This document shows, one piece after another, positions 11,901 through 24,300 of a DNA stretch of 64,000 nucleotides; within the stretch, counting starts at the first letter, position 1, and every line of letters begins with the position of its first letter. Position numbers and translations under genes: made by a program. Under the pieces are notes generated by a model. The model was not told where the DNA came from, did not search any database, and saw nothing but the letters and a program-made list of their open reading frames with translations. Source of the stretch: Bilabrum cf. latius (taxonomy: Eukaryota); contig OZ237738.1 in assembly GCA_965178125.1 (NCBI GenBank), forward strand, positions 310,001 to 374,000, written 5' to 3'.

Positions 11901-14900
11901 CATCTGCACCGTTTGCATTGGTGGCGTCTGCCAAACCAATAGCACGGGGGCCACACATGCCCCAAGCCGTGGTTACAGCTCCCCGTACCTCCTCTACACG
12001 AGCCGCATTTGCATTGATTCCGTGCAGCCGGTGCAGGCCGCAAGACTGATCGGCCGCGCGAGCCATGGCGTTGGCAGTCTTGCGGGCCTGGTCCTCTACT
12101 CCCGCATCCACCTCAGTTCCAGCCCCAGGGCGAGCATACACTCGGCGGGCGAGACCTCCGTTCATGGGGGCCCCGGGCAGCGCAGCCAGACCCTGATCGT
12201 GGCTGTGTGCCAGAAGCGGGATCACTGCGCTCCTTGGTGAGGCATCCAGCGGCAGGTATGTGGCCTGTACTACCGCGCCAGGGTTGGTGACATTTGCCGC
12301 GATATCCTAGTACAGCGAGCTGCCAGGCAGTGAGGCAAAACCCGACCGAGAGCCAGGACAATCGATTGGGATGGTACTTGAGTTCGGGTCCAACAATGGC
12401 GCCAGCGGCAGGAAAGGGATGATTGTAGCACCAGCAACCGCCTGCGCACCACACGCGGCGGCGAGAGACTCAACTGTACCGATTGAATCGCTCTAATTGT
12501 AGAAATGCTGCAGTGCAGAGCCTCCACCACTGATAGCAAGCAGCCATGCCGCGGGCACAGGACCAGATGCCGCGTCAGCAATGGCCCGATTAGCTCCGCT
12601 CAGGCTAGAAAAGAGGCCAGAGACACCTTCAGCAGTCGGAGGCACCATGCCGTGCCCTTGTACTTGGGCAGAGAGGGCGGCTCGGCACGATGCTGAAACG
12701 TCTCCAAAACGAGGCGCGGTCCCAAGCATGCCACCTACAGCCACCATATCAAGCCGCGCGAGATCCTATCGGGTACCTGTCCCAGCGGCCCCGGCTGCAC
12801 GCGCGGCTGCTGCTGCCACTGCAGCTCTACCACTAGGCATGTCACTGCCAACGGTGGATGGCAGTCGTATCAGAGCGAGCCTTTCTGCTTCAGTTGGCGA
12901 ACGGTCCGCCTCCACATCGTTCCCAAAGGCGTCTCTAAGCCGAAGTAACACTCGGTGAGGCTCGCCAGCTGGCAAGGGAGCAGTGCCATTTGCCGACCAA
13001 GAGATATTCTACGACGGATCTATGCTTGACAAGCCCACTCCTGCACCCCACGCAATGCTGCGTCTCGAGTCCACAGCTCCAGACCGAACAGTGACCTCTC
13101 GCATCGAGCCAGAATCGCCAGGCTTCCCTCCTCCCGAAACGGGCAGTCCATGGACGGTGACATTGAGTTGGTACCGTCCAGCCACGGATGCATTATATTG
13201 CAGTACCCAGGCTAGCGGCCGCCATGCGCCAGGCCCCATGCCTCCATCAAACACGCTAAAGGCAGATAAGGCCCCGTCATCTGAGGCTGCGTGGCTCCCC
13301 AGGGCGCGCAACACAGTGCATTGAATTGCAGGTACCTCCGATTCTCTGCCGCGCCACTTACCGTGGGCAGCCTCTACGATGGCAAGGGAACAGCCGACAG
13401 CCGCGCGCGCTGCGCTGGTCGAAAAAATCGCGCCTGGACTGCCAATGGGCAGCCTCTGCCCACGCGCCGCTTCCAGTGCATCTGCAACATGCCCAGCACC
13501 CTGCTCTCGAAGCGAGCGCGAGGCAGCAGCAGCGGGGATCAGGCCTGCCTCGGCAGCCGCAGCAACTCCCAGGGCCCACGCAGACGCGTTGATGCGCGAA
13601 GCATGTTGCATATTCTCTTGCTGGTATGCGGGTAAAGTAGACGCAGGTGCAATCGCGCTACCCCCGACAGATGCATTCGTCTCGTAGGAATCTGCACCAT
13701 AGCTGATCGCTTCACGCGGGATGAAAGGAGTCGGGTTGCCAGCGGCATCGCGAGGCTGCAGCAGCAAGCTAGATGCAAGCCCCGCTATTGCCTGCGATAC
13801 GCCCGTTCCAGCCACCACTGACGCAAACGAATCCGACGGGCCGGGCACAACCAGGGCGGGGTATGGTCCCTCATTTGATGCTGGCTCCAGCTCCGACTCA
13901 TCAGGAGACGGTATGGCAGACCATGCTGCGGCGGCCTAGGCACCTTGTGCCACGCCCCTCGCTTCCACGTCTGCTTCACCTGCGCGCCTTGGCACTACGC
14001 TGACCAACAGCAGCGGAGCTGCATTCTACGTGTAGTTCTGGCCACCGCTGTAGGCTGCAGCAGATTCGTCAGCAGGCGCACCTCGAATGCCTGAAGAGAC
14101 CGACAGGGCGATGCTCTCCGCCTCATCAAGGTAGGCCCCGGTCGACCCCTCCTGGGCAGCGGCTCCCCGCATGTCGAGATCGGTCGAGTTGGCATCCGCC
14201 ATGGCAGGGCCTGCGGTGAATCGTACATCCTCTTCTCGGTCGGGAGATGACGCTGAAACTACGACTCGCAGGGCAGCGCCCGCTCCGGCGGAGAGTATCG
14301 TGCCCACCCTGTGCCTTGCGTTTCCAAAGGCATCTCTGGCGAGCACCACAGCGGTATTCCTCAAAGAGGCTACGAGAAGGAGCGGGACGGCGGCGGTAGG
14401 TAGTGGTCGGGCCAGCCGGGTGGGCTGCAACACGAGCTACCTCGGCTCAAGTGGCCCCGGGTCTACTCGAATCTCAAACGGGGAAGACCGCACTGGCATG
14501 CCTCCAACGGAAACGTGCACCAGCGTCAGACCAGCCCTTCTAGCGACAAAGGCACCCCCATATAGGGCTCGCACAGCAGCCGCTGCGCACGCATCGAGAG
14601 CAGCGTCATCCCACGGACCCTGGCTTAGACCTGACTGTCGCAGCAGCTCGGCCTCCCAGCACGACTCGCTTTCGGGGCCGACTTGCGTGTCCGCTTCAAG
14701 GGTACTGACTGCTGCAAGAACCTCCGCAGGTCGCATGGACGCCGCAAGCGCGAGGGAACCCAACGCCCACCGCTGCGCATCTGCTGACCTCGCAGCCTCA
14801 TCGTCTGTAGAAGCCGCCTTCACCAAACCCAGGGAGGCCAGTCTCGCGTCAAGAGCAGCATTGGGGTGCCTCGCAGCGCCCTCTGACCCGTTTCCAGCGG

Positions 14901-17900
14901 CAGGCAGGAGTCCCAATCGGTCAGCAACAGATATGGGAAGTAGCGTTGCGGATGCCGTCTGCTTACCGCCCCTGTGAGCAGCTCGCACCGTGACCGGTTG
15001 GTCCCACCGTCGAATCCCAAGCAGGCTCATTGGCACCTGGTACGGAAGTCTATGCCTCGCTGGCGATTCGGTAGGCTCAAACGGAACCGGGTTTCCGGCT
15101 TGGTCACGAACCAAGGCTGCAACCAGCGCAGGGAAACCAGCCGTGGCTGCACCGGTGCCGGGCCCACCTGCGTCAGACTGCGCAGCCACCGGCTCGCCTG
15201 GCAGTACCTCCAGATCGAATGGGCTGCCTGCCGTCTCGGCCCACCAGGCATCCCCTTGCAGCTCCTCATCGGCCACGAATGACTCGGGTGGGGCAAACGG
15301 GTCCTCATCGACATCTCCAGAGGCACCAAGCACGAGGGCATCATCCCGTTGCTCCCACCAGGCGCGTCGTCTGGACCCTGTAAGCAGCTGCACGTACAGG
15401 AGGTACCGACCGGTCCTCGGCGGCGTCCACACGGCCACATGCCTGCAAATGTCGGCATCGAAGGTGACTCGCGCAGTCACCGCACCAGGGAGCGACGCAA
15501 GCGCTGCCCCACGAGCCGCATCACTCAGTGCATCACCGACCAAATCAGGAATCACTCTCAAGGGAGGTGCACGATCACCAGCCGTGGCCTGCAGACCGGG
15601 AGACAGGTCAGTGACGTTGTCCGCGACGGCAGCCGGCACAGCTACTACCCGGAACACATCTCCCCGTCCCAGCTCCAACCGGTCGCTACCACCGACATCG
15701 CGCGAACTGATCCAAACCTTCGACTCCTTGCCCGCCACAGCAAACCTCAGCCCCAGTCCCTGCGCTTGGGACCCCCCTAGACCCAGCGCGGGCGATGCAG
15801 CTCCAGTCCCCGCTGCTGGCCCCTGGCCTTGCAAGCTCTCCCAGCGACCCTCCTCGCCTATCGAGGGGCCTAGGAGGCCGCGCGCCGCCTCTCCGGCCGC
15901 AGCAGCCGGTCCAGCGGAAACGGCGAGTGGCGCGGGACTGCCAGCCAGCGGCCAAAGCGCCCACATAGAATCGGCCGGCACGGCCATCCGGGCATACGAG
16001 CCCGCCACAAGCATTCCAGCAGCCGCTGCATTCTCCCTGCTTGTCGGCACGCCCAGCGAAGAGCCGGTGCCTCCCAACTGGGCATTCACTGCTGCAAGCC
16101 CTCCAACTGCTTCCCTGGCTGCTGCAAGCGATAACCCTAGCGCAAAGGCCAAGCGGTTCGCCCCGTCAGCGAGCCCAGAGGAGGCATTGAGCGGCTGCAA
16201 GCTGTCTGCCAGAGTTGCGGTGCGTGCTCCAACCAATGGGCTGTCTCTCGCCTGCAGTACGTCGCCGTACCTGCGCCCAGCCCCGGCAGCGTCACGTGCG
16301 GCCAGTGCGGGAAGGAATCGAGTTGGAACGGCCCACTCTAGCCTGCAAGCGGAATGCTGGTGGCCGGTGCCTCTCCATTCTAGACGAACATCGTGCAGCT
16401 GACCGGGCTTGAGACGGACGAGTGCTGCCGCATCCGCCAGAGGGCGCCTGTCACCGTGCCGAAGGAACGAGTTGGACCACGCGCGAGCAGGCACCTTATG
16501 CATACCAACAGACTACCCAGGGGCACCGCGTGCGCTGGCGTCTAGAGCCAGCTACTCCCGCGGGTCAGCAAGCTGGACTGTCTCGGGCTCGCCCGCATAT
16601 GCCCTGCGCGCAGCAGTGGCCGCTCCAGCCATGGGTAGCGTCGGCCCGGTTGCCATGCTGAGCCGACCATCCGGCTGCATGCCATTCCACATGGAACCCC
16701 GGCCAGCCGCACCCTCCGCCGCACTCACCGCGCCCCAAGCATCGATCACAAGACGGCCGTCGATCCAGAGTCGCGCCTAATCACCGACACCTGCAGACAC
16801 AAACACGGCCACTTCAACGCCATCTTGACTATCCCAATCCCGCTCCAGCGAGCTGGCCACCCCTGTGCCTAGACTGCTCCACGTTGGCCCCAGCAAAGCG
16901 GCCCAGTCGCTTGCGTTGGCACCGTTGTCGCCGAGGCCGGCCTCCTCTCCTGCATCCCCTGCCCACGGGAGCTCGATCCTGCCCCACCACTTTGCAGACT
17001 GCACCTGGTTACTGCCAGGCCGAGCACCTCGCTGGGAGTGGCGAGTTGCCGGAGAAGCCGCAGCAGGGCCCTCTTCCCACGTGTGGTTCACGCCATGCTC
17101 TGAACGCGCTACAACGATCGGCCCCTGCAACGATGTGCCCGCGTAGTACTCGGCTCGGAGCGCACCTCTCTAGGCCTAGAACACCCTAAGCTCCTGCTGG
17201 CCGCTCACAGGCGGTGGCACCAAAGCTGCATACAGGTTTGGATCTGCAGCGCCGCTGCCCAGACTGGGTACTGGGACAGCGGTGGCATTCGCGGTGACAG
17301 CAATGGCTGCGGCGCGGGCTGCTTCTCGCCTCTATGCAAGGACCCTCGCCAGCGCGGCTTCCACCTCGTTCGCCGTCGAGTTCGGTGATAGAGCTCCAGA
17401 TGCGATTAGGTCCCGGCCAGCCTGCGCTGGATCTACAAATATCCCCGGGAGCTGTCCGAGCGCATCATCACTGCTGCTGCGCTCCAGCTACCCGGCCCGA
17501 AGCAAGCCACCAGCGCTCGGAACCTCCCCGGTGTCGCCCGATGCGACAAACCCACTCGATAGCCCATGAGCCCAGCCGCTCCTCCACCTGTGAGCAAATC
17601 GCTTCGCAGCAGCCTCTGACCACGCGGGAGCCCAAAGTGATTCTGCGCTGGACACTGGCCCGACAACCATTCCAGGCTAGCCAGACCAGCCCCCGCCGGC
17701 CCCCGGATCGCTAGATCCACTAAACTCTCCAACTGTACCACCACCGAGGTACAAACCGCCAAACTCTTCCCGTTGCCAAACGGAGCCTTCTTCGTCTCCA
17801 AACGAGTCACCTGCCTCGTTCGACCCAGTCAAGTCGCTGCTGCTGCTGCTGCTTGGTTCAACGTTGTGCCAGCCAGAACCTCTCGTGCCATCGCTTGATG

Positions 17901-20900
17901 CGTCCAGCTGCTGCCACGCAGCGGGTTTGGGCAACCTGCCGCTATTAGCCGCAGCCATCGGTGCGATCTCGGAGGAGGCACCGATTGCAGCCCTGGCGCT
18001 TCCTGCAGTGATAGCTGCACCAGCCGCGCTAGCAGTCATGGCAGCGGACGGCAGGGACCCCCAAGCCTCTGCCCCAGCTACCGGTATACCGGCTGCATCC
18101 AGGCCCAGGCCAGTCCCATGGGCGGCCGCAGAATCTGCCAGGCTAGGGGCTGGCCTTCCCCCCCAGGAGCCCACCGAGCCCGCGAGCCTTCCATCTCCAG
18201 GTCGCACGGTGCCTGCATTGGACTATCGCGGAACCCGAGGCCACACCTCAACCAGATACACAGCACCACCGGCCTGCACACCACCCACGGGCCCCCCTGC
18301 AGCTGTTATTGACTGAGCTTCAGCTCCTGCAACGGGCCGGGAGGCACCTCCCGCGTCTCCAGGCAGCGCGCAGGCACCTGCGCGCGCTGAATCCAATCGA
18401 GGCCGCCTCCTACCGGCAAGGTCACCGGCAAGGATGCCACCGTTGGCGGCAGCAGCTGCCCTGTCCACCCTTGGCGCCGCACGGGCATGCACTGCTACTG
18501 CTAGCGGTAGCACGGCCTGCGCCCGCACCACGGCGTTGGCATCTCCTCGGAGCCTGACGTCCTGCAGAGCCCCTCGCGGCCCAGCTGCAGAGCTGCCTTC
18601 CCGCAATCCCAGCACACTGCGACCCTCTGCGCCAGCGAGGGCCTCTTCTGTCTCTACCGCATCAATTGCTTGGATCCCACGTGCCGTCCAGTCTGGGAGG
18701 TTTGCACCGCTAGGACCACCGTCGCTGTAGTGGTCCATGGTCCAAGCAAACGGTGTGTGCCCCCCAGCAGCCTCGAAGACGCTGCATGCCGGCACGGGCC
18801 GCCCCACATCGTCTTCGATGATTCTCACCACCGCACTGGACTGGGGCCCGACCCAGGCCCCTCCAGTAGCGTCTGACAGCTCCAGGATGGCCGTCTCGTT
18901 GCCCTCTACCTCGAGATCGTCGTGCAGTGCCAGCAGGATGCTAGCACTGACTACGCCATCTTCAAGCACGATACGACGGCTGCTACCATCTCTGGATGCC
19001 CACCCGCCCCCGGACTGTCCACCAGAGAGCCCTGCCGACCGCCAGCTGAGGTCAGCAGGCGAAGCAGCTCTGTCCTCGATCTCAGAAGGTTGCGCGAGGC
19101 TTCCCTCGGCGAACAGCCCTCCGCGACGAGCAGCCGCTCCGGCGCCTCCGCTGCCAGCTCCAAGGGAAGAGGACGATGACCCGATCTGCGAAGCGGACAC
19201 GTACCGAATCCTGGCTGATACGCTCACGCGGCCCAGCCCACCGCCCGTCCGACGCAGGGCCACCCGCAGCAATCGGTCGTCTTCTCGAGCGGCCCACCCG
19301 TCCGAAGCCCACTCGATCGCGCCTGGGTTCCCACAGACAGAGTGTGACTCTGGCGCAGGGCCGCATCTCCAGGATCCGTCCCCCTCAAGTCCCTCGGAGC
19401 AAGCGAGAGCCCTGGCCCAAAGAGGAACGGATGATCCACCGGCGTCTTGAGCGGCTTGCCCCGCCTGTCTCCGCCGCTACAAGAAATAGGGCAGGCTCAG
19501 CTCGGCTGCGATCTGCCCTGTGGCGTTGTTTGCCGTGGGGTGCTCCAAGCCTGCAGGCAGGGGGTCCGGTACCCTGCCGTCTTCTCGCGCGAGTGCCAGA
19601 GTGTGCCTCGCATCAGCTACTGCTTCTCGCAAGGACGAAAGCCCCGAGCTCACTCCACGCGCTGTATAGGCCCGCGTAGCCTCCAAGTACGGGTCCCTGT
19701 ACCCGTGCGCCCTACCCAGCGAACCAAAACCGCCTCCTTCCCCGCCACTCCCGGAGGCACTCATCGCCGCGCCAGGTCCGCTGGGCTCAAACGCAGCGCC
19801 CGAAGCAGCATCATCCTCCCAGCCAGCGCCCACGCGCAGCTGATACTCCGGTGGATACACGGCTCTGTGCCCCTCGATCCCATCTCCGCTGCCACTCGCA
19901 TGCCTCTGTGCGGCCGCCCTTCTCCTGAGCACCTCCGGCAGCATCATGCCGGACGGCGGTGAGCCGTCCCTCAGCAGGTCATCCAGCCCGAGGTTCGGCA
20001 CCAAGGGCTCGTCAGTGCCAATCACACCAACGTATGTGTTGCCGAGCGGGGCGTCGGGTCCGACTGGTCCAGGCCCCACTCCGCTGTGTCCTGTTGGGAC
20101 TGGAGGCGGCCACTGGCCCAGGAACGGCAGTGGTGCCTGAAAGCCAGGGTCGGAAGGCTACCACCCGGATGCCTCCAGCTCAGTGCCGCCAACTACCGGT
20201 GTGGAGTCCCCACCGAAGCCCCTCAGGTCCATCCGGCCACCGAAGGCTCCTTGCACCTGCCCGTACGCCCGCTGGCCTACCTGAGGGCCGGGCCAATCTC
20301 CGCGGGCGTACTGCAGCAGCGTCTCGTTGAGAGCGAACGGGAGAGGGATCACGCCCGCTTCAGCAAGGGCACCCGCAGCTGCTCTCGGGTGCTTGGTCGT
20401 GAGAAAGAAGGGCTCCGCCTGCTCGAAGGCAAGGGCGTCTTGCGTGCCGAAAGGCAGCCTGCGGGACAGCTGCCTCGTGTACTCGTCGAATGGCAGAGGA
20501 GAGTCGCGGGCCCTGCGGCCACTTCTGCGGATGCTGAGCAGCAGCGGATCCGCGCAGGCGGTGCACTCCGAGGCGGTGCATTCCGAGCACCTCGGGTCGT
20601 GCACCGCGCACGATACTGCGAGAGAGGTGAGTGGGCAACGAAACGGCGCAAAGTAGGATGCGGTGCAATGATGATCGGATGGGCCGCCTTAAGAATCATG
20701 CACTAGTCTCGGCGCGATACAAGTCAGCATGAATACCGCGCGATGACGACCGAGCGCCGGTCCGCAATGCTCACCGCAAGCTTGTGTGCCGTTCGGCCCC
20801 TGCCCGTCCGCAAGAAAGTACCCGTCCACGCAACGGACGCAGCTTTCTAGGCTGCACGCCACGCACAGGGGATCGAACAGGGGGCACACTTGCACGGAGC

Positions 20901-21615
20901 AGTCCTCCCCCGTTCTGTGGGGCTCGCACTAGCACTACCCTGTGGCATAGTCGCAGGAGCCTGCTCCCGAGCATCCGTTCGGGCAGTGCACCTTGGGCAC
21001 GCAGGTGCCCACCGACGTGGCATTGAGCTGTGTGCCGTTGGTCGTGCCAATTGCGACATCATCTTGCACGATTCCACTGGCTTCCTGGCGCGTTGCAGAG
21101 GCGTTGTCTTGCCTGAAGTGTGTCGGGGCGCACTGGTCGCAGGACTGGCCCGCGTATCCTTCAAAGCAGAAGCACGTCCCGGAGCGGCGGTCACAGTAGC
21201 CTGCTCTAGAGGACGTGCAGAAATAAAGTCCATCCTAGCCTTGTCCGTGCCCAAGAAACGAGAGAAACGAAGCGTCGCCCATTGCAGCGAGCTCGTCCTG
21301 ACTTGCCTGGACCATGCCTGGGCATCGCTGCCGAGGCCTTACGCCGTCGTAGATATTTGGCTGTGTCACGGTCAATGGGGACCCTGGGTTTACTCTGACG
21401 CGCCTCGGGTCGCTAGCATTATTTCGCCTGCCTACAAATCCGGGATCGTACGCCTCAAAGTCAGCCGAGGCCCGTAGCTCAGTCTGGTTCTGCCTTTCAT
21501 AGTCATGGATTCTATACGCCAGCGTTGTTGCACTCAGACAATAAAATGCGCATAAATTGATCAGAATTGACAAACTCGCAGCTATTTGACTTCCTCGAGC
21601 TGCATCATGAGGCAT
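8980..21615 (-). CDS. Giant secreted protein (~4,160 aa): signal peptide, EGF-like and Cys-rich repeats, Calx-beta domain, filamin-like Ig repeats with PA14-like domains
   Basis: ATG 21615 with hydrophobic leader (SLSILINLCAFYCLSATTLA). Intron 20616-20774. Exon 8980-20615 is one frame interrupted only by TAG (~27, plus 3 in exon 1). Ends TGA 8980-8982 after GSPLLLDVQQ. Motifs: CPNGCSGAGSCDYATG*C*C (EGF); LRRTGGGLGRVSV...DDLEVEGNETAILEL (Calx-beta); RD..GN / GSPF.L.V (filamin-like); AEYY...SAKWWGRI...D*ARLWIDGRLVIDAW, VRWDGWL, SARWSGWF (PA14-like). Confidence 0.85.
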
Positions 21616-21913
21616 CTTGCCGTTGGAAGCGATGCTAGGATTCAGAGCAGCCTGTATTCCCTTTCACGAACGAATTGAAATACGTCGGTCTGGTATTAGA
21701 CAAGCCGTACTATAAAGTATTACGGCAAGGCTGATGGTGTCGAATTGAGTGCTGTGTATCTTGTACGAGGACACCATCGCGGCGGCGTTGAAACGACTAA
21801 AAGCACGCTGTACAAATTTTCAAAATACAGAGTTTTGGGCTTGGGAGCTGCAGAGGCCGGTGCGCAACTTGGTGCGGTCCAGTGCACAACAAAGGTCTTC
21901 AGATGCTAGCAAA

Positions 21914-24084
21914 TCATGTCAAAACCACTGAGGTGCCCCCAGGCAGCTTGCCCTCGACACCCCTCCGAACGTACGACTTGACATTCTGCGGTGCAGCCAG
22001 GATCTGCTGCGAAGCCACGTGCAGCACCTCAAGCTTTCTGAGGTTCGTGATATTACTGGGGAGCCGCAGGTGCGCCATGTCAGCCAGTATCAGCCTCCTC
22101 ATCTCGGCACACCCCAGCCCGATGCTGTTCGGCAGGTCTCTCAGCTCCCGGTTGCCAGACAGATCCAAGTCCCGCATGCACACCAGCCGGCCCATCTTCT
22201 CCGGCAGCAGCAGCAGGCTGTTCGCCGACAAGTTGAGCATGGTCAGGTTGGTCATGGCCGTAATGCTCTGAGGCAGCGCCGCGATCTTGTTGCCTTGCAG
22301 CAGCAGCGTGTCCAGCTCGGGGAGGGAGCAGATCGAGTCCGGGATCGTCATGAGCTTGTTGTGGCTCAGGTCCATCGTCACCAGGGACTGGAACCCGCCG
22401 AATGAGTCTTCCAGGTGACCCAACCCGTTGTGCTGCATCGTCAGCGTCCTCAGCTCGGGCACGATCCAGCGCTCAAACGGACGGAGACCGCCGTCCCCTG
22501 GATCGCGAAAGCTGCCTAGCTGCCTGTCGTCCCTGGCCGCGAGCCCTGCTGGGGCCGCACTCGCGCCACTGGCCGCACCCCCGCCCGCCGCACCCTTCCC
22601 GGAATCGGCTCCGGGTCCGTCGACCGTGATGCCCTCGTCATACCTGGCTGCCTCCATGGCCTGCCTCAGCTGCTTGCGCTCCTTCTTGCCCGCATCGTAG
22701 TGGGCCGTTCGCCGAGCCTTCTCCCTTGCCATCATTTCGTCGTGAGTGGCGCTCCGGGATCGGGCCGCGAGCACGGCATGCAGGGTCACGGGTCGCCCGA
22801 ACCTCTCGTCGCCTGCCCTGGCGCCCGCGGCCCAATTCGGATTCAGCATCACGTCCAATGGGGGCGGCCCGCGGGCCGTGGCCTCGCCATACCTAGCCCC
22901 CGCTCGATGGCTCGCCAGCGCCCCCCTGGCTGACTCTAGCCCCTCCTTGCTCTCTCCCGCGCCCGCCTGCGCCCTCGCGCGCCGCCCCCCGCGCCCCTTC
23001 CGCGTGGCCACCGGGATGGACTGCGCGTCTGGACCTGGACCGCCTGCCGCACCCGCACCCGCACCCAGTGCCGCGCTGCCCTCTTCCACTGTGGGAAAGG
23101 TCAGCAGCCTTGCGTCTCCAATGAAGGTCGAGGGCAGGACCCTCAGGTAGTTTCCAGCCAGGGCAAGGTTCTCCAGGCTGGGTAGGCTGCGCAACAGGGT
23201 CGGGTCCAGGGGCACTGCGAGGCGATTCATTTCCAGGGACAGCACCTTGAGCTGGACGAGCCCGTCAAAGGTGCCGCTTCCGATGTGCTCGATGCGGTTG
23301 TGGGCGAATATGGCCTTGCGGAGCGATCTCAGCTGGTGGAAGGAGCTCGGGATTTCCGACAGCAGGTTGTAGTCCGCCTGCAGGGTTCGGAGCTTGCGCA
23401 ACTCGCTCAAACCCTCTGGCAGCTCCCGCAGCAGATTCTGCGAGACTGGATCGCAGGCAAGCGGCTGGGCGAGCAGGTGAAGATTGCAAACGCCACAGAA
23501 CGTCAGGCGTTCGATCGTCTCCGGATGGCATCAATAGTGAAGTTCTCACGTGTGAAATATCAAGATGTGTCAATGATGTGCACCTGCGGCTTGAAAAGAC
23601 AAGACTAGACGGGCATGACAGCAATAGATATTGCCCAATTCGCCTGAACGCCCACGCCGAGCTGCCGAACTCACTTGCTGATTCCATCCGGAATTTCTGT
23701 TAGCTCGTTCTACTAGATCCGCAAATATCGTAATTTCTTTGGGAAATGCTGGGGTAGCTCGGCAATCTTGTTGTTGGAGAGGTCTACCACCTCGAGCGAC
23801 CACAGCTAGCTAAATGACCTTGGGAGCGTTCGGATCGCATTCGTGTGAGCAATCAAGGTCTTAAGATCTGCTAGAGTGCATAATGAGCTCGGAAGCTGTT
23901 CAAAGGCGTTTAATGAAACATCTACTGTGAGACTATCGCCCATTTGAGCAACCAGCGCTGCCGGCAGCTTGCCAAGACCCAGTCCCCGCGCAATGAACGC
24001 ATCTCTAGCCCTGACAACGCCCTCCAGATCGCCTCGTACCGCAGCTTTTTGCCTTGCTTTGTCTATGGAGGCTGCGGTTCCCAT
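21914..24084 (-). CDS. Leucine-rich repeat protein with putative N-myristoylation site (~655 aa)
   Basis: Starts MGTAAS at 24084. LxxLxLxxNxL repeats throughout. Introns 23584-23674 and 23438-23549 keep the LRR register (KCTSLTHLDISH|NLLRELP). In-frame TAG at 23806 and tandem TAGTAG at 23710-23715. Ends TGA 21914-21916. Confidence 0.88.
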
Positions 24085-24300
24085 GTTTGCGATATGAATG
24101 CAAGTTGCCGCAACGGAATGCAAGCGGAACCAGCCAGGTTCGCATCGCGCGGCGCCACTGAGACCAGGTGGTCGCTGACTTGCCTCTCGGGTCCCTGGGG
24201 TCCAGCCCCGTTGCAAGGCTCTTGTGCCGGTCGGACCACCTGCGCTACAGCGGCTTTTCCCGATGTAGCACCATCTCGGGTCCTCCTTAGATGCACTAAA

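Noticed and set aside
14171-16402. Long plus-strand ORFs (14171-14977, 14990-16402) and the many other antisense or alternate-frame ORFs in the track
   Set aside because: They are shadows of GC-rich coding sequence on the other strand or frame and have no recognisable motifs.
21704-21726. Small inverted repeat GCCGTA...TACGGC around TATAAA in an intergenic spacer
   Set aside because: A 6-bp stem is expected by chance, and the TATAAA is on the opposite strand from the adjacent minus-strand gene start.
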